A DNA stretch of 64,000 nucleotides from a bacterium (GCA_965233585.1 CBDDTI010000745.1:160001-224000), one strand, 5' to 3'. Positions 30,101 to 39,974 are shown, counted from the first letter of the stretch. Notes: generated by a model from the letters alone, not told the origin. Numbers and translations are program-made.

Positions 30101-30791
30101 CAATCACTTGAGTCATGGATTAGCGCAGTGTCTTTTCAGCAGGTATTATGGTGTGGAACAGAATGTCAAAACTATTTTTAAGAAAAAATCAGATCGTAAA
30201 CATATCTTGGGAACGGTACCGGGAAACCCTGTTTTCCCATCTACTCTTGAAGACCTATCCCACCAAATTCTGGACTTTTTCGTGCCTCAATCTATACGTT
30301 CTTACGAAATTTTTGCTTCCAAACATTATGTTCGGGATATTTTTGTGATCTGTAACATCAGTCGTTTTAATACGGTGTCTATCATTATCAGGGCAAATAC
30401 TGGTAGAATTTTTGTGTTAGAGCTTCACACGGATAGAATCCCTGTCAAACTTCATAGGAGAGATATGGAAGTAGATCCCGGGATTGCAAGGTTTTTCCTG
30501 CAACTTAATCATCAAAAAAGTAGAATGGAGCTTATACGGCTCATCAATCAATGTGATTTATCCTTTAATGAAAACGCCTTGCCTAGATATAAAATTTGGG
30601 TGAATCCAAATAACTTTGAAACGAGACTCAAGCCACAATACCAACAACCCTATTTGAGAGCCATTGCTAATGCAGTCTGGAATTCCAGACAGATAGGGAC
30701 TTATGATTTTTTAAAACCTGTCAAATTTGATTGTTCACTTAATTCTATTGGACAGAAGGCTGTGCAACAATTAACTGATATTCAAAATTAA
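27153..30791 (+). CDS. Large protein, putative degenerate class I adenylate cyclase-like nucleotidyltransferase
   Basis: ICSILCSGEIGTAAYHPEQPIDFHLIC resembles the G-S-x-G-S/T...S-D-x-D signature; LPEALLNAWWLE resembles the class I AC conserved helix. Confidence 0.5.
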   Translation: MQIEQQIERLTSLYQIIPFNRSIQSQNEMLSSLVQELQTHFISEQIRQTYPEQSINTGLSQAHLFLTKRTEVNHERLNYIGLSSVPELKLALFETLILFNTPKGSEVKLDPVNKDASQKKWRLFYENAPSGIACILQQLPHEILRSVHSTTIYEYVRQYYPDLQNPLKQHDNPHICSILCSGEIGTAAYHPEQPIDFHLICDAPKTSLKWNDADFFIAAIQKIFSVTYQIYQEKLDQTKLSESVKKQIDEQYAELLSKDELQQFQIMFPDSYSYIYQLETEKYFEQEQTSVQAKILWSGIIEVLSQTPYFEKFFSQFRRFFSFMKVPADLMQAYWFPASLDKAWQEQIRKKLLEFYTKTYLKPHQLQSIFRHYKLSKSKDQGKDQDLTLLKHLQSTPQCASIVKKFLQNIVHSISFHQIDTFHQAFQLLQQLFDKKREILDSDLSDELTEIIQTNFFKQQFKIAQNYLDEERYKHQAKHEVEFYLKLQDATEYINTKFQKVSVRFHGHFLRNLQEDKLQSILTITHAPTGGKPLKDILYSSLTVAGHPLCPYQIPHLLHTFGKIGVLEANLFQTTYSGFSKDVEVSYLQLPHLGGLEKINQFGAAYILPFLLYETIKLEQWELPEALLNAWWLELAYCQEQQLTITELIDQPEKRKSLQLAKQGAEHCQAIVSIEQKFPRLASHFRWVQFAEIFTNSGKENRSYAAWCYGMYVSFERIIDETTQVRQLWSGQNQPWQMQFIFKFAELFLTDFTDDFFIANINGQLQQQIRQARKMRILFLETLQRTEKKILEYDAHRCLSKLMGLLLKKNDYEFANHAEKISTLTQEKLSEVYSRIILTEHNNNLQDQTALTEYESASESHTDFETLAHQTAEHLSQQYLNFNIFVPEEDLKAVLLSNCSHVQWNQNECAMLRLRLAMIFQSQSHQLHLPIAYMVGKPRRFITIHFEPNSQRWSFESTTFQVNQGYRKFNETSDPENKFEIFVNHLSHGLAQCLFSRYYGVEQNVKTIFKKKSDRKHILGTVPGNPVFPSTLEDLSHQILDFFVPQSIRSYEIFASKHYVRDIFVICNISRFNTVSIIIRANTGRIFVLELHTDRIPVKLHRRDMEVDPGIARFFLQLNHQKSRMELIRLINQCDLSFNENALPRYKIWVNPNNFETRLKPQYQQPYLRAIANAVWNSRQIGTYDFLKPVKFDCSLNSIGQKAVQQLTDIQN

Positions 30792-30799
30792 AAAAACAC

Positions 30800-31096
30800 A
30801 TGGGTTCAACTCACTCTAAGCCTCAAGATTTATCCGATTCACTTCAAAAACAGCGAAATAGAATTGACGAAATTGACTCACAGCTTCTAACATTACTCAA
30901 TGAACGAGCAAAGGTTGCCTTAGAAATTGGCTATTTCAAAAAACAAAATCAGCTTCCCATTGTTTCATTGGAGAGAGAACAAGAGCTACTTGACAAATTA
31001 AAACAAAAAAATCAAGGCGTGCTTTCTGGTCAACAAATCGCAGCAATTTTCCAGCAAATCATTCTTGCCATGCGGGAAGTTCAACAAAAACTATGA
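30800..31096 (+). CDS. Chorismate mutase (AroQ type)
   Basis: RNRIDEIDSQLLTLLNERAKVALEIG..K, LERE. Confidence 0.88.
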   Translation: MGSTHSKPQDLSDSLQKQRNRIDEIDSQLLTLLNERAKVALEIGYFKKQNQLPIVSLEREQELLDKLKQKNQGVLSGQQIAAIFQQIILAMREVQQKL

Positions 31097-31293
31097 CCAA
31101 AAAATTGGCATCGCTTCAAAATTAGTTGCAGGCTTGACAAAAGTTAAAGTCTGTTACAGAATCAACCGCTTTGACTAGCACCAAACTAACAATATTCTGA
31201 CGGGGAGAGTAAGGACGGTCACCGACCCGATGTCTCAAAATCTCTTGACACAAAGTACGCTCCAACATCTCAATATTTGTCATAGTTCAAACG

Positions 31294-31599
31294 ATGAACA
31301 GAAAACCTCCAATTTGGTTGCCTACCCTGTTTTATCCCCAATACGAAAAGGCTCGTAGAGATTATGTCAGTCCTGTTAAACGAATAGTTCGCACTGAATT
31401 TCAGGTGGTCATTCCATACTATGAACTTTCACAAAGCGACACACAAGATGATGGAACTGGTAGTTTTTTTGAACAAAGTAATGATTTAAGACATACAAGA
31501 CCCCCTGCATTTGTCCTTAGAAAGAAAACACAACCACATCTTAAATTACTGAATCTCAAACGACAGAAAAAGACAATCAGACCTAAATTTGTCATTTAA
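31294..31599 (+). CDS. Hypothetical protein
   Basis: 101-aa ORF filling the gap between a promoter/structured leader and rnpB; no motif. Confidence 0.4.
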   Translation: MNRKPPIWLPTLFYPQYEKARRDYVSPVKRIVRTEFQVVIPYYELSQSDTQDDGTGSFFEQSNDLRHTRPPAFVLRKKTQPHLKLLNLKRQKKTIRPKFVI

Positions 31600-31703
31600 C
31601 AGAGACTGAAATCGGTTTGAATTAAGGTCACATTGTATGCCTCAAAAGAAGTGGTCTTTTTTCTCAATTCTTCTCACGTTGTTTGATGAAAACGAATGAT
31701 CTT

Positions 31704-32064
31704 GAAGCCTGAAAAACGGTCGCTGCGATTTTCAATCGGAGAGGAAAGTCCGGACAACATAGGGCAGAATGCCAGTTAATGACTGGGCAGTGCAAACTGA
31801 CGGAAAGTGCAACAGAAAATATACCGCCAGTTACTTTAAATGAGTGTTCTGGTAAGGGTGAAATGGCAGGGTAAGAGCCTACCGCAAGTCTGGTAACAGA
31901 TTTGGCATTGTAAACCCCATTCGTTGCAAGTCCAAATAGGGTTGTAGAAGTTGCCCGCTTCTATGCAATCGGGTAGGACGCTGGAGGTTTATGGTAACAT
32001 AAGCCCTAGATAAATGACCGTTCTCTTTTCGTTAAGAGACAGAATCCGGCTTATTGAAGGCTTC
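31704..32064 (+). ncRNA. rnpB: RNase P RNA (type A)
   Basis: GAGGAAAGTCCGG, GGAAAGTGCAACAGAAA, GGGTAAGAGCC, ACAGAATCCGGCTTA; P1 GAAGCCT/AGGCTTC. Confidence 0.97.
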
Positions 32065-32087
32065 AAGATTTTTAGCGTGTTTAAAAC

Positions 32088-32438
32088 ATGAACCCTATGC
32101 TTAGAGATGACGGTATGACGCTTCAAAAATTATTGGTTGAAGGAAAGTTTTATGACATCACCCCATACCAAAGGAAAGATGCCAGTCTTTCAATGGAAGA
32201 GACGTTCCCATTTTCTGGGGTATTGCGTCAACATTACAACCCTGCCATGCTGTTTCTACTGGTTGACCCCCTAGAAAAACATGGTCAAATTTATGAGTTC
32301 AACATTGCTGACATTGTGAGAGCTGAAGAACTCCCCAGTCTCACAGCACCTGAAGGAGTGACGCTGGAAAGAGTTAAAATTTTTGTAAAATCTGGCAGTT
32401 TTGCCATGCGTCTGCAACCGTTTATTGTGAAAAAATGA
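32088..32438 (+). CDS. Conserved-looking hypothetical protein
   Basis: 116-aa ORF in operon orientation; FSG..RQH, LLVDP, YEF..ADI..AEELP. Confidence 0.6.
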   Translation: MNPMLRDDGMTLQKLLVEGKFYDITPYQRKDASLSMEETFPFSGVLRQHYNPAMLFLLVDPLEKHGQIYEFNIADIVRAEELPSLTAPEGVTLERVKIFVKSGSFAMRLQPFIVKK

Positions 32439-32447
32439 GACAAATAC

Positions 32448-32476
32448 TTGACATCATCTGCTCAGTTTAGTAGAAT
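32448..32476 (+). promoter_or_regulatory. Sigma70 promoter for rho, TTGACA-N17-TAGAAT
   Basis: Near-perfect consensus about 150 nt upstream of rho. Confidence 0.7.
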
Positions 32477-32623
32477 CTCTGTCTTCTTTTTCGCTTCCGT
32501 TTCAATCGCTCTATTTAGAAGATTAATCTTTCTGAAACTCTCGTTTGTTCCTTATCATCAAGTTGTTCCAAACTGGACATCCTCGCTAAAACTCTCAAAA
32601 ACTGACTATTTCAGTATCCCTGT

Positions 32624-33922
32624 ATGAAAAACCAATCATCACGCACGTCAAATCAATCCTCCGATGGCTTTATCCTGAACCTTGTTGAGCTAAAACGCAA
32701 AGACATTGCAGAATTGATCCAAATTGCCAAAAATTATGACATAGAAAATGTCAGCAGTATGCGACGGCAAGACATCATTTTTTCGCTACTGCAAACACAG
32801 ACTAAAAATAACGGGGCTATTTATGGGGAAGGTGTCTTAGAAACCTTACCTGATGGCTTTGGTTTTTTAAGGGCGCCTGATTACAATTACTTACCGGGTC
32901 CTGATGATGTGTATGTCTCACCTTCCCAAATTCGCAGGTTTAACATGCGAACGGGCGATACCATCTCTGGTCAAATTCGCCAGCCCAAAGACGGCGAACG
33001 TTATTACGCCTTGCTTAAAGTTGAAAAGCTCAACCAACAGCAACCGGAACTTGCAAAAGACAAAATCTTTTTTGACAACTTGACCCCACTCTATCCCGAG
33101 CATTTTCTTAAATTGGAAAGGGACCCCAAAGATTTAACATCACGCATCATTGACTTGGTCGCTCCCATTGGCAAAGGGCAACGTGGGTTGATTGTTGCCC
33201 CACCACGCACAGGTAAAACCATTATCTTACAAACCATTGCAAACAGTATCACACAAAATCACCCTGAAGTTGATTTACTCGTTTTACTCATTGATGAAAG
33301 ACCAGAAGAGGTCACAGACATGCAACGTTCTGTCAGAGGGGAAGTGATTAGCTCCACTTTTGATGAACCCCCAACACGACACGTGCAAGTTGCAGATATG
33401 GTCCTTGAGAAAGCAAAACGCATGGTAGAACAAAGGCGTGATGTGGTGATTCTGCTGGATTCTATCACAAGACTAGCGAGGGCTCATAATGCTGTTGTGC
33501 CTTCCAGTGGTAAAATTCTTTCCGGAGGTGTTGATGCCAATGCGCTACAAAAGCCCAAACGTTTTTTTGGTGCGGCTAGGAACATAGAAGAAGGAGGGTC
33601 TTTAACCATCATTGCCACTGCCTTAATTGAAACAGGTAGCCGAATGGACGAAGTCATCTTTGAGGAATTTAAAGGAACAGGCAATATGGAGCTTGTCTTA
33701 GACCGTAAACTCGTAGAAAAAAGAACGTTCCCTGCCATTGACATTAATAAATCTGGGACGCGTAAAGAAGAGCTATTGATTGCTAAGCCAAGCCTTGATA
33801 GAATCTGGGTTTTGCGCAAGGTTTTATCCCAATTCAATCCAGTAGAAGCCATGGAATTTACCATTGACAAACTGGCTAGATTCAAATCCAATGAACTCTT
33901 CCTAGAAATGATGGATAAGTAG
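32624..33922 (+). CDS. rho: Transcription termination factor Rho
   Basis: [46 protein letters not shown]. Confidence 0.98.
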   Translation: MKNQSSRTSNQSSDGFILNLVELKRKDIAELIQIAKNYDIENVSSMRRQDIIFSLLQTQTKNNGAIYGEGVLETLPDGFGFLRAPDYNYLPGPDDVYVSPSQIRRFNMRTGDTISGQIRQPKDGERYYALLKVEKLNQQQPELAKDKIFFDNLTPLYPEHFLKLERDPKDLTSRIIDLVAPIGKGQRGLIVAPPRTGKTIILQTIANSITQNHPEVDLLVLLIDERPEEVTDMQRSVRGEVISSTFDEPPTRHVQVADMVLEKAKRMVEQRRDVVILLDSITRLARAHNAVVPSSGKILSGGVDANALQKPKRFFGAARNIEEGGSLTIIATALIETGSRMDEVIFEEFKGTGNMELVLDRKLVEKRTFPAIDINKSGTRKEELLIAKPSLDRIWVLRKVLSQFNPVEAMEFTIDKLARFKSNELFLEMMDK

Positions 33923-33957
33923 ATTTTCTCAATTTGAAGTACAGCAAGGAAACATCA

Positions 33958-35280
33958 ATGAAATTACATTTCATCAGCCAAGCCTCTACCATTGTTGAAA
34001 CTGCAGATTGTGTGATTTGGACTGATCCATGGCTTTTTGATAAAGCATTTAATGACTCTTGGGAATTGTTTCCTAAACCCAGATTTGATGAAAGTTGGTA
34101 TGACAAGATCACTCATCTTTGGATCTCTCACGAACATCCAGATCACTTCCATTTGCCTACTTTAAAATCCTTACCAACCGATTTTAAGCAAAAAGTAGTT
34201 CTGCTATTCCAAGATAATCACTGTGACAAAATGCCTAACTCTTTTCAAAAATTAGGATTTTGCCAAATCAATTTATTAAAAAATAGAAAAATCACCAACC
34301 TCACTGCTACAACAAAAGTTCATAATTGTCAGATTGGGCAAATGGACTCGTCTTTAGCGATTATCACGCCTAATTATACCTTGTTAAATTTGAATGATTG
34401 TGAAGTGAACACAAAAGACTGCAAGAATTATGTCAAGGATTTAGGAAAAATTGATATTGTGCTCAATCAATTTTCTATGGCTGGTTATAATGGCAATTTA
34501 AATTATCAAGAACAACTTCAAAAAGATGCTGATAAAATTCTGCAAAACATGCTTGAAAATCATCGTGATTTGAAGGCATCTACTACTATTCCCTTTGCAA
34601 GTAACATTTATTTTTGCTGTGAAGATAATAAATTCATTAATGACTTTTCTAATACTCCTCAAAAAGTATTTAATAAGTTTCAGATAAAAAACTTGGATTG
34701 TAAAGTAATGTATCCCGGTGAAAGTATTGATGTTGCTAGCATGAGTTCCCATGATTCTTTAATGTCTATGGACAAGTTTGACGAATTATATGCGACAAAG
34801 GATTCCATAGTTTACAATGTTTCAGAACAAATACCGCTTAAAACTATTGAAAAATCTTTTTTAGAAAGAAGAACACAATTAAAAAAATACTTTCCTACTC
34901 TGATAATTAACAAACTTGGAAGACTGAATATTTACATACCAGATTTACAAAAAAACGTTCAGCTCTCAATAGCCCAAGGAATTTTTCAAGAAACCAAATT
35001 AGATCAACAAAATTTTGATTTACAAATCCATTCTCAACCACTAGAATTTGCATTCCGTTTCAAGTGGGGTATTCAGACTTTAGGGGTTTCTGCAAGATAT
35101 TTTATCAAAAACAATCATTCTACTTGGAGATGGTATCGCATTGTTTCATCTATGAATAATGCAGAGTTTTATCTAAAACTGAAGCATTTAATTTGCAAAA
35201 AAAACATGTATTTGTTGACAAGCAGGGCATCAGCAATTTTGAATCAATTACTTTATCAATTATCTAGGATGAAGGATTAA
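33958..35280 (+). CDS. Metallo-beta-lactamase-fold protein (CMP-Neu5Ac hydroxylase/UlaG-like)
   Basis: TDPWL...FNDSW, ISHEHPDHFH, DSSL, NLNDC, IPFAS; AAGGA before ATG 33958. Confidence 0.75.
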   Translation: MKLHFISQASTIVETADCVIWTDPWLFDKAFNDSWELFPKPRFDESWYDKITHLWISHEHPDHFHLPTLKSLPTDFKQKVVLLFQDNHCDKMPNSFQKLGFCQINLLKNRKITNLTATTKVHNCQIGQMDSSLAIITPNYTLLNLNDCEVNTKDCKNYVKDLGKIDIVLNQFSMAGYNGNLNYQEQLQKDADKILQNMLENHRDLKASTTIPFASNIYFCCEDNKFINDFSNTPQKVFNKFQIKNLDCKVMYPGESIDVASMSSHDSLMSMDKFDELYATKDSIVYNVSEQIPLKTIEKSFLERRTQLKKYFPTLIINKLGRLNIYIPDLQKNVQLSIAQGIFQETKLDQQNFDLQIHSQPLEFAFRFKWGIQTLGVSARYFIKNNHSTWRWYRIVSSMNNAEFYLKLKHLICKKNMYLLTSRASAILNQLLYQLSRMKD

Positions 35281-35441
35281 GTTGATGGGTTTAAGTACCT
35301 TCATCAAATATCTCTCAATTTGTGTATAATGAAGAGCTTCTTAAGTTGGAGCTGTCGGACCCAATTTTGACGCTTTAGAAAGAGAGTTTTCATTCTTTCA
35401 TCTAACTTTTACTTTGAACTGATATTTAAACAAGAGACATC

Positions 35442-35651
35442 ATGAAAAAAGACATTCACCCCAAGTACGAAGCGACAACTTTTCGTTGTTCATGTGGTCA
35501 TCAGCTAGAAACTTTTTCTAGTATTGGTGGAGAAAAACACCTTGAAATTTGCTCACAATGCCACCCGTTTTTTAAAGGGGACGGCAAAGCAAAGCTCGTA
35601 GATACAGCAGGACGCATTGAAAAATTTAATAGACGTTACAGACGTTCGTAA
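35442..35651 (+). CDS. rpmE: 50S ribosomal protein L31 (Zn-binding type)
   Basis: [30 protein letters not shown]. Confidence 0.97.
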   Translation: MKKDIHPKYEATTFRCSCGHQLETFSSIGGEKHLEICSQCHPFFKGDGKAKLVDTAGRIEKFNRRYRRS

Positions 35652-35677
35652 ACCCACTTCAGACGCACTGCGTTTTT

Positions 35678-36754
35678 ATGTTGGAACAGCTTAAAGACAT
35701 TAAAAAGCGGTATCAAGACATCACCGAACAGATTTCTTTACCTGAAGTCATTTCTGATAACGCTTTGTTTCAAAAACTGACCAAAGAACATAGTAAGTTG
35801 TCAGAATTGATTGAAATTTACGATAGCTATTGTGCCATCAATGCCAATGTTCAATCCAATACACAACTTGCAAATGATCCCAATGAAGACCCAGAGTTGA
35901 GGGACATTGCAAGTGAAGAAATAGAATCAGATAAGAAACAACTTGAGCAGTTAGAGCAAAAAATCAGGATACTACTTTTGCCTGAAGACCCAAATGATAC
36001 ACGGGATATTATTTTGGAAATCAGAGCTGGCACAGGTGGAGATGAAGCTGCTTTATTTGCACGTGACATCTTTCGTATGTATCTCAAATATGCGGAATCT
36101 CATCGCTGGAAGATAGAAATTCTTTCTGAAGCACAGAATGACATAGGTGGCTTTAAAGAAGTCGTGATGGCAATTCATGGAACAGCAGTTTATAGTTATC
36201 TTAAATTTGAGGGAGGGGTGCATCGTGTGCAACGTGTTCCCAAAACAGAGACACAAGGTCGGGTTCATACCTCTGCGGTCACCGTGGCAGTCATGCCTGA
36301 AGCCAAAGATGTAGAAGTGGAAATCAGCCCTAATGATTTACGTGTAGACGTTTTCCGTTCATCAGGTCCTGGTGGACAATCTGTGAATACGACCGATTCA
36401 GCAGTCCGTATTACTCACCTTCCTACTGGCATAGTGGTCTCTTGCCAAAATGAAAAATCCCAAATCAAAAATAAGGCTCAAGCCATGAAAGTTTTGCGTG
36501 CAAGGCTTTATGAACAAGAGCTGATATTACAACAGGCAGAACTTTCTCAAAAACGTAAAAGTATGGTTGGTAGTGGAGACCGAAGCGAAAGAATCCGTAC
36601 ATATAACTTTCCTCAAGGCAGAGTGACTGACCATCGTATCAACCTGACCCTCTATCAGCTTGAACAGATTTTATTGGGACAAGTTGACCCACTAATTGAA
36701 GCACTCCGCACAGACCATCAAGCCAAGTTGCTAAAAGAAGGCTTGAACTCTTAA
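35678..36754 (+). CDS. prfA: Peptide chain release factor 1
   Basis: EIRAGTGGDEA, VQRVPKTE (PxT), GPGGQSVN, GDRSERIRTYNFPQ. Confidence 0.98.
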   Translation: MLEQLKDIKKRYQDITEQISLPEVISDNALFQKLTKEHSKLSELIEIYDSYCAINANVQSNTQLANDPNEDPELRDIASEEIESDKKQLEQLEQKIRILLLPEDPNDTRDIILEIRAGTGGDEAALFARDIFRMYLKYAESHRWKIEILSEAQNDIGGFKEVVMAIHGTAVYSYLKFEGGVHRVQRVPKTETQGRVHTSAVTVAVMPEAKDVEVEISPNDLRVDVFRSSGPGGQSVNTTDSAVRITHLPTGIVVSCQNEKSQIKNKAQAMKVLRARLYEQELILQQAELSQKRKSMVGSGDRSERIRTYNFPQGRVTDHRINLTLYQLEQILLGQVDPLIEALRTDHQAKLLKEGLNS

Positions 36755-38247
36755 TGTCAACCTTGCTATGCAACTTAGTTGAGAATAACATTTTAGATGC
36801 AGAGACCTTAGCAGACAGTGTTGCTCGTTTTCCCGGTCTTCACATCTTCCAACGCCTACATCAACTTTCTCTCAATCAGGAACCACTTGAAAGGCAAATC
36901 TTGGCAACCATAGCCAATCGTTATGGGATTTTGGGCAAATTTGACCAACTCCAACATTTGCAACCCATTCCAAACTACTCTCTTCTCAAAAAATCCTTTA
37001 GTCAGTACAAAATCATTTTATTGCAATCTCATCAGCAACATCAGGCAATTATTTCATTAGAATCTGAATTTGATGCCCTTGAGTTGTTAGAGTTTCAAAC
37101 ATCGCAACCGCTTCTATGTATCTGGGTGACGTGTTTGGAATTGAGAAAACTTTGGGAAACCTGTGAAAATTGGGAGAATTACTCGCAAGTCCAAAGCACG
37201 CATCATGGAGAAATTGGAAATTTTGAAGCCATTTTAGAGTCTGCAATCACCCAGAATTGTTCCGATATTCATTTTGAAGCAGGGATTGGTGATGAGTTTT
37301 ATGCCCGCTTTAGAGTAGATGGAAAACTCTATGATGCCATGCGATTTTCTACTTTTGAAAGTGTCAGAATTATTTCTCGTGTGAAAATTCTTGCAGGAAT
37401 GGACATTGCCATCAAACGACGCCCCCAAGATGGACATTACACTTATGAATCAATGTCAGGACGTTTTTTTGATTTAAGAATTTGCTCTATTCCAACAGAA
37501 AAAGGAGAAAAAATAGCGATCAGAATTTTGGACAAAAAACCTGTTCACAGAAATTTACATTCACTAGGATTTCTTAAAGAAGACATTATAACCTTTGAGA
37601 CAGTTTGTCGTCAGCCCAGTGGCATGATTTTGGTCGTTGGTCCTACAGGCAGTGGAAAAACAACAACCTTGTATGCGTTTTTAAATGCCATCAACTCTCG
37701 TGAGAAAAACATCATGACCGTTGAAAACCCTGTGGAGTATCACATTGACGGCATCAACCAAGTCAGCATCCATCACGAAAAAGGATTGAATTTTTCAGAG
37801 GTGCTGAGAGCTTTTTTAAGGCAAGACCCTGATGTCATTTTGGTTGGTGAAATTCGTGATAATGAGACCGCACAAACAGCCGTGAGAGCAGCATTGACTG
37901 GGCATCTGGTTTTATCAACACTGCACTCCAAAAATGCTTTTGCAGCAATCTATCGTTTGCGAAGTCTTGGCATTGAGCTTGACTTACTTGCTGATACATT
38001 ATTGCTAGTCACTTCCCAAAGACTTGTCCCAAGAAATTCTCACCAAAACGATTCAAAAATTTCTAAAGGACGCTTACCAATTTATGAAATTTTACGTCCG
38101 ACCGATTCCTTCAGAGATAAAGTCCGAAACAACCAATTACAACACCTCAGCCCCAACCTAGATGACTCATTAATCAGAACTTTTCAAGAATCCCACCAAA
38201 AGCAATATGATCTTATTGAAAAGATTGACTTGCAACTTGCCATCTAA
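36754..38247 (+). CDS. GspE/PilB-family secretion ATPase
   Basis: SDIHFE, DIAIKRRPQDG, GPTGSGKTTTL, LRQDPDVILVGEIRD, TGHLVLSTLH. Confidence 0.9.
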   Translation: MSTLLCNLVENNILDAETLADSVARFPGLHIFQRLHQLSLNQEPLERQILATIANRYGILGKFDQLQHLQPIPNYSLLKKSFSQYKIILLQSHQQHQAIISLESEFDALELLEFQTSQPLLCIWVTCLELRKLWETCENWENYSQVQSTHHGEIGNFEAILESAITQNCSDIHFEAGIGDEFYARFRVDGKLYDAMRFSTFESVRIISRVKILAGMDIAIKRRPQDGHYTYESMSGRFFDLRICSIPTEKGEKIAIRILDKKPVHRNLHSLGFLKEDIITFETVCRQPSGMILVVGPTGSGKTTTLYAFLNAINSREKNIMTVENPVEYHIDGINQVSIHHEKGLNFSEVLRAFLRQDPDVILVGEIRDNETAQTAVRAALTGHLVLSTLHSKNAFAAIYRLRSLGIELDLLADTLLLVTSQRLVPRNSHQNDSKISKGRLPIYEILRPTDSFRDKVRNNQLQHLSPNLDDSLIRTFQESHQKQYDLIEKIDLQLAI

Positions 38248-38618
38248 GCCAATGTTTTAGATTGACCTCTCTTTTTTGCAACTTGTTTTTTGTTCAAATC
38301 AAGATTTTGGACAAATCAAACATCAATTTAAGATAAGAAATGCGTCAGTCCCTGTCACTATTACTTAGGAGTAAGGCAAATCAAACTTTAAATTAAAAAG
38401 TTTTTTTAGACAATAAAACTTGGCAAAATCTGCAATAAATTTTACTTTAAAATATAAAATTCAATAAAAATTTATCTCATCGTTTCTTACTAAACCACTA
38501 TCAAAATATCAGATTATCTAGCTGATTTATATGAATTATTTTTTATTAATATACAATAAAAGACCTTGATCGCTTTAAATTACAAAGTTTGTAAAATAAA
38601 TCTAAATTAAAAAATCTC

Positions 38619-38647
38619 TTGACAAGAAAATAAGCCAAGAGTATCCT
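38619..38647 (+). promoter_or_regulatory. Sigma70-like promoter TTGACA-N17-TATCCT in a long AT-rich intergenic region
   Basis: Perfect -35 and 17-nt spacer upstream of the recombinase-like gene. Confidence 0.5.
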
Positions 38648-38761
38648 TAACATCTTCAAATGATTTATGAAATTACAATTTGTTTGTTAGTGATTTAGAA
38701 ATCTATCATAAAATGATTGTTCTAAATCTCTTTTTTAATCTCTTTAACCAAAGGAGTCATT

Positions 38762-39529
38762 ATGAGCACATATGGTTACGTACGCTTGAATGCTTTACAC
38801 ATTCCAGAGAACTTCACGATTGATGATCAAACTCATGTCATTCGTGACTATGCAAAAAACAACAACTTGGAAGTTGCAAATATCATTTCTGATAGGGAGC
38901 AGACCAGTATTTCGCTAGATATGCCAGGAATGAAAAAACTGGTCAATATGGCAGAAAAAGGTGAAATGGACACTTTAGTTGTCGCAAGACTAGATCGCAT
39001 CACTAGAAGTGTTCGCAAGATGAGTCATTTTATTGAACAATTATGTATCAAACACAATGTTAGGTTAATCTCTATTGCTGAAGAGTTTGACTCCCAAAAG
39101 AAATCTAGCCAAGAAGTTGTGAATATAATTCGCATCATCAGCAAATGGGATGTCAAAATGATCTCAGATCGCACCAAAAAACTCATCAGAGATAAACGTC
39201 AAGTTGGTGAATATGTTGGACATGCCCCGTTTGGTTTCATTTACAAGAGCAAGAAGCTTCTTCCTTATCCTAAGGAAGTTGAAATTGTCAAGGATATTTT
39301 CAGAAAACGGAATATTGAAAGAGCCAGCTATCATAAAATTGCGCGTTTCCTCAATGAAAGGCGAGTGCCTTCCAAACGTGGTAAAAAATGGTATGCTGAG
39401 ACAATCAAAATGATTTACAAAAACCCAATCTATAGTTCAGTGGATTGGAATAGTTTCTCTTCGCAAGACCCCAAATGTATGCAGCAGCTTCTTGACGGAC
39501 TACAAAAATTGCGAGCTGAAAGAGAGTAA
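38762..39529 (+). CDS. Serine recombinase-family protein lacking the catalytic Ser
   Basis: YGYVRLNA in place of YxRVS; VVARLDRITRS; GHAPFGF; IARFLNE..VPSKRGKKW recombinase domain; AAGGAG RBS. Confidence 0.85.
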   Translation: MSTYGYVRLNALHIPENFTIDDQTHVIRDYAKNNNLEVANIISDREQTSISLDMPGMKKLVNMAEKGEMDTLVVARLDRITRSVRKMSHFIEQLCIKHNVRLISIAEEFDSQKKSSQEVVNIIRIISKWDVKMISDRTKKLIRDKRQVGEYVGHAPFGFIYKSKKLLPYPKEVEIVKDIFRKRNIERASYHKIARFLNERRVPSKRGKKWYAETIKMIYKNPIYSSVDWNSFSSQDPKCMQQLLDGLQKLRAERE

Positions 39530-39541
39530 ATTGCTAAGGTT

Positions 39542-39910
39542 GTGATTCCTGAAACGATCATTCGTTTAGAAAGGCTTGAGCTGTGGTGTATCATTGGGAT
39601 TCATTCCCATGAGAGGCTCCACGTTCAGCCTCTTCAAGTAGATGTGGATGTCACAATCCCCCAAATCCAGACTGGTCGCCTTGCGTCAACTATTGATTAC
39701 ACGCAACTTGCAGACAGCTTTTCTAAAATTGCCAAAGAAGGTCAATTTTATTTGATTGAAGATTTAGCAGAGGCACTCGCCTCACATGCCTTGTCTTATC
39801 ATTTAGCAAAGTCTGTCTCTGTTACTATCAAAAAACCCCGCGCCGTCCCTAATGCTGTTGCTTCTGTTTCAGTCACTAGACATCAACAAATTCCAGATGT
39901 TTCAGATTAG
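39542..39910 (+). CDS. folB: Dihydroneopterin aldolase
   Basis: IGIHSHER..VQPLQVD, TIDY, LIEDLAE, IKKP.A. Confidence 0.88.
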   Translation: MIPETIIRLERLELWCIIGIHSHERLHVQPLQVDVDVTIPQIQTGRLASTIDYTQLADSFSKIAKEGQFYLIEDLAEALASHALSYHLAKSVSVTIKKPRAVPNAVASVSVTRHQQIPDVSD

Positions 39911-39974
39911 TGAAGTCATTTTTTCATCATAAAAATATATTTTAAACAAATCCAAAATAGTTAGGAGAAGTCAA

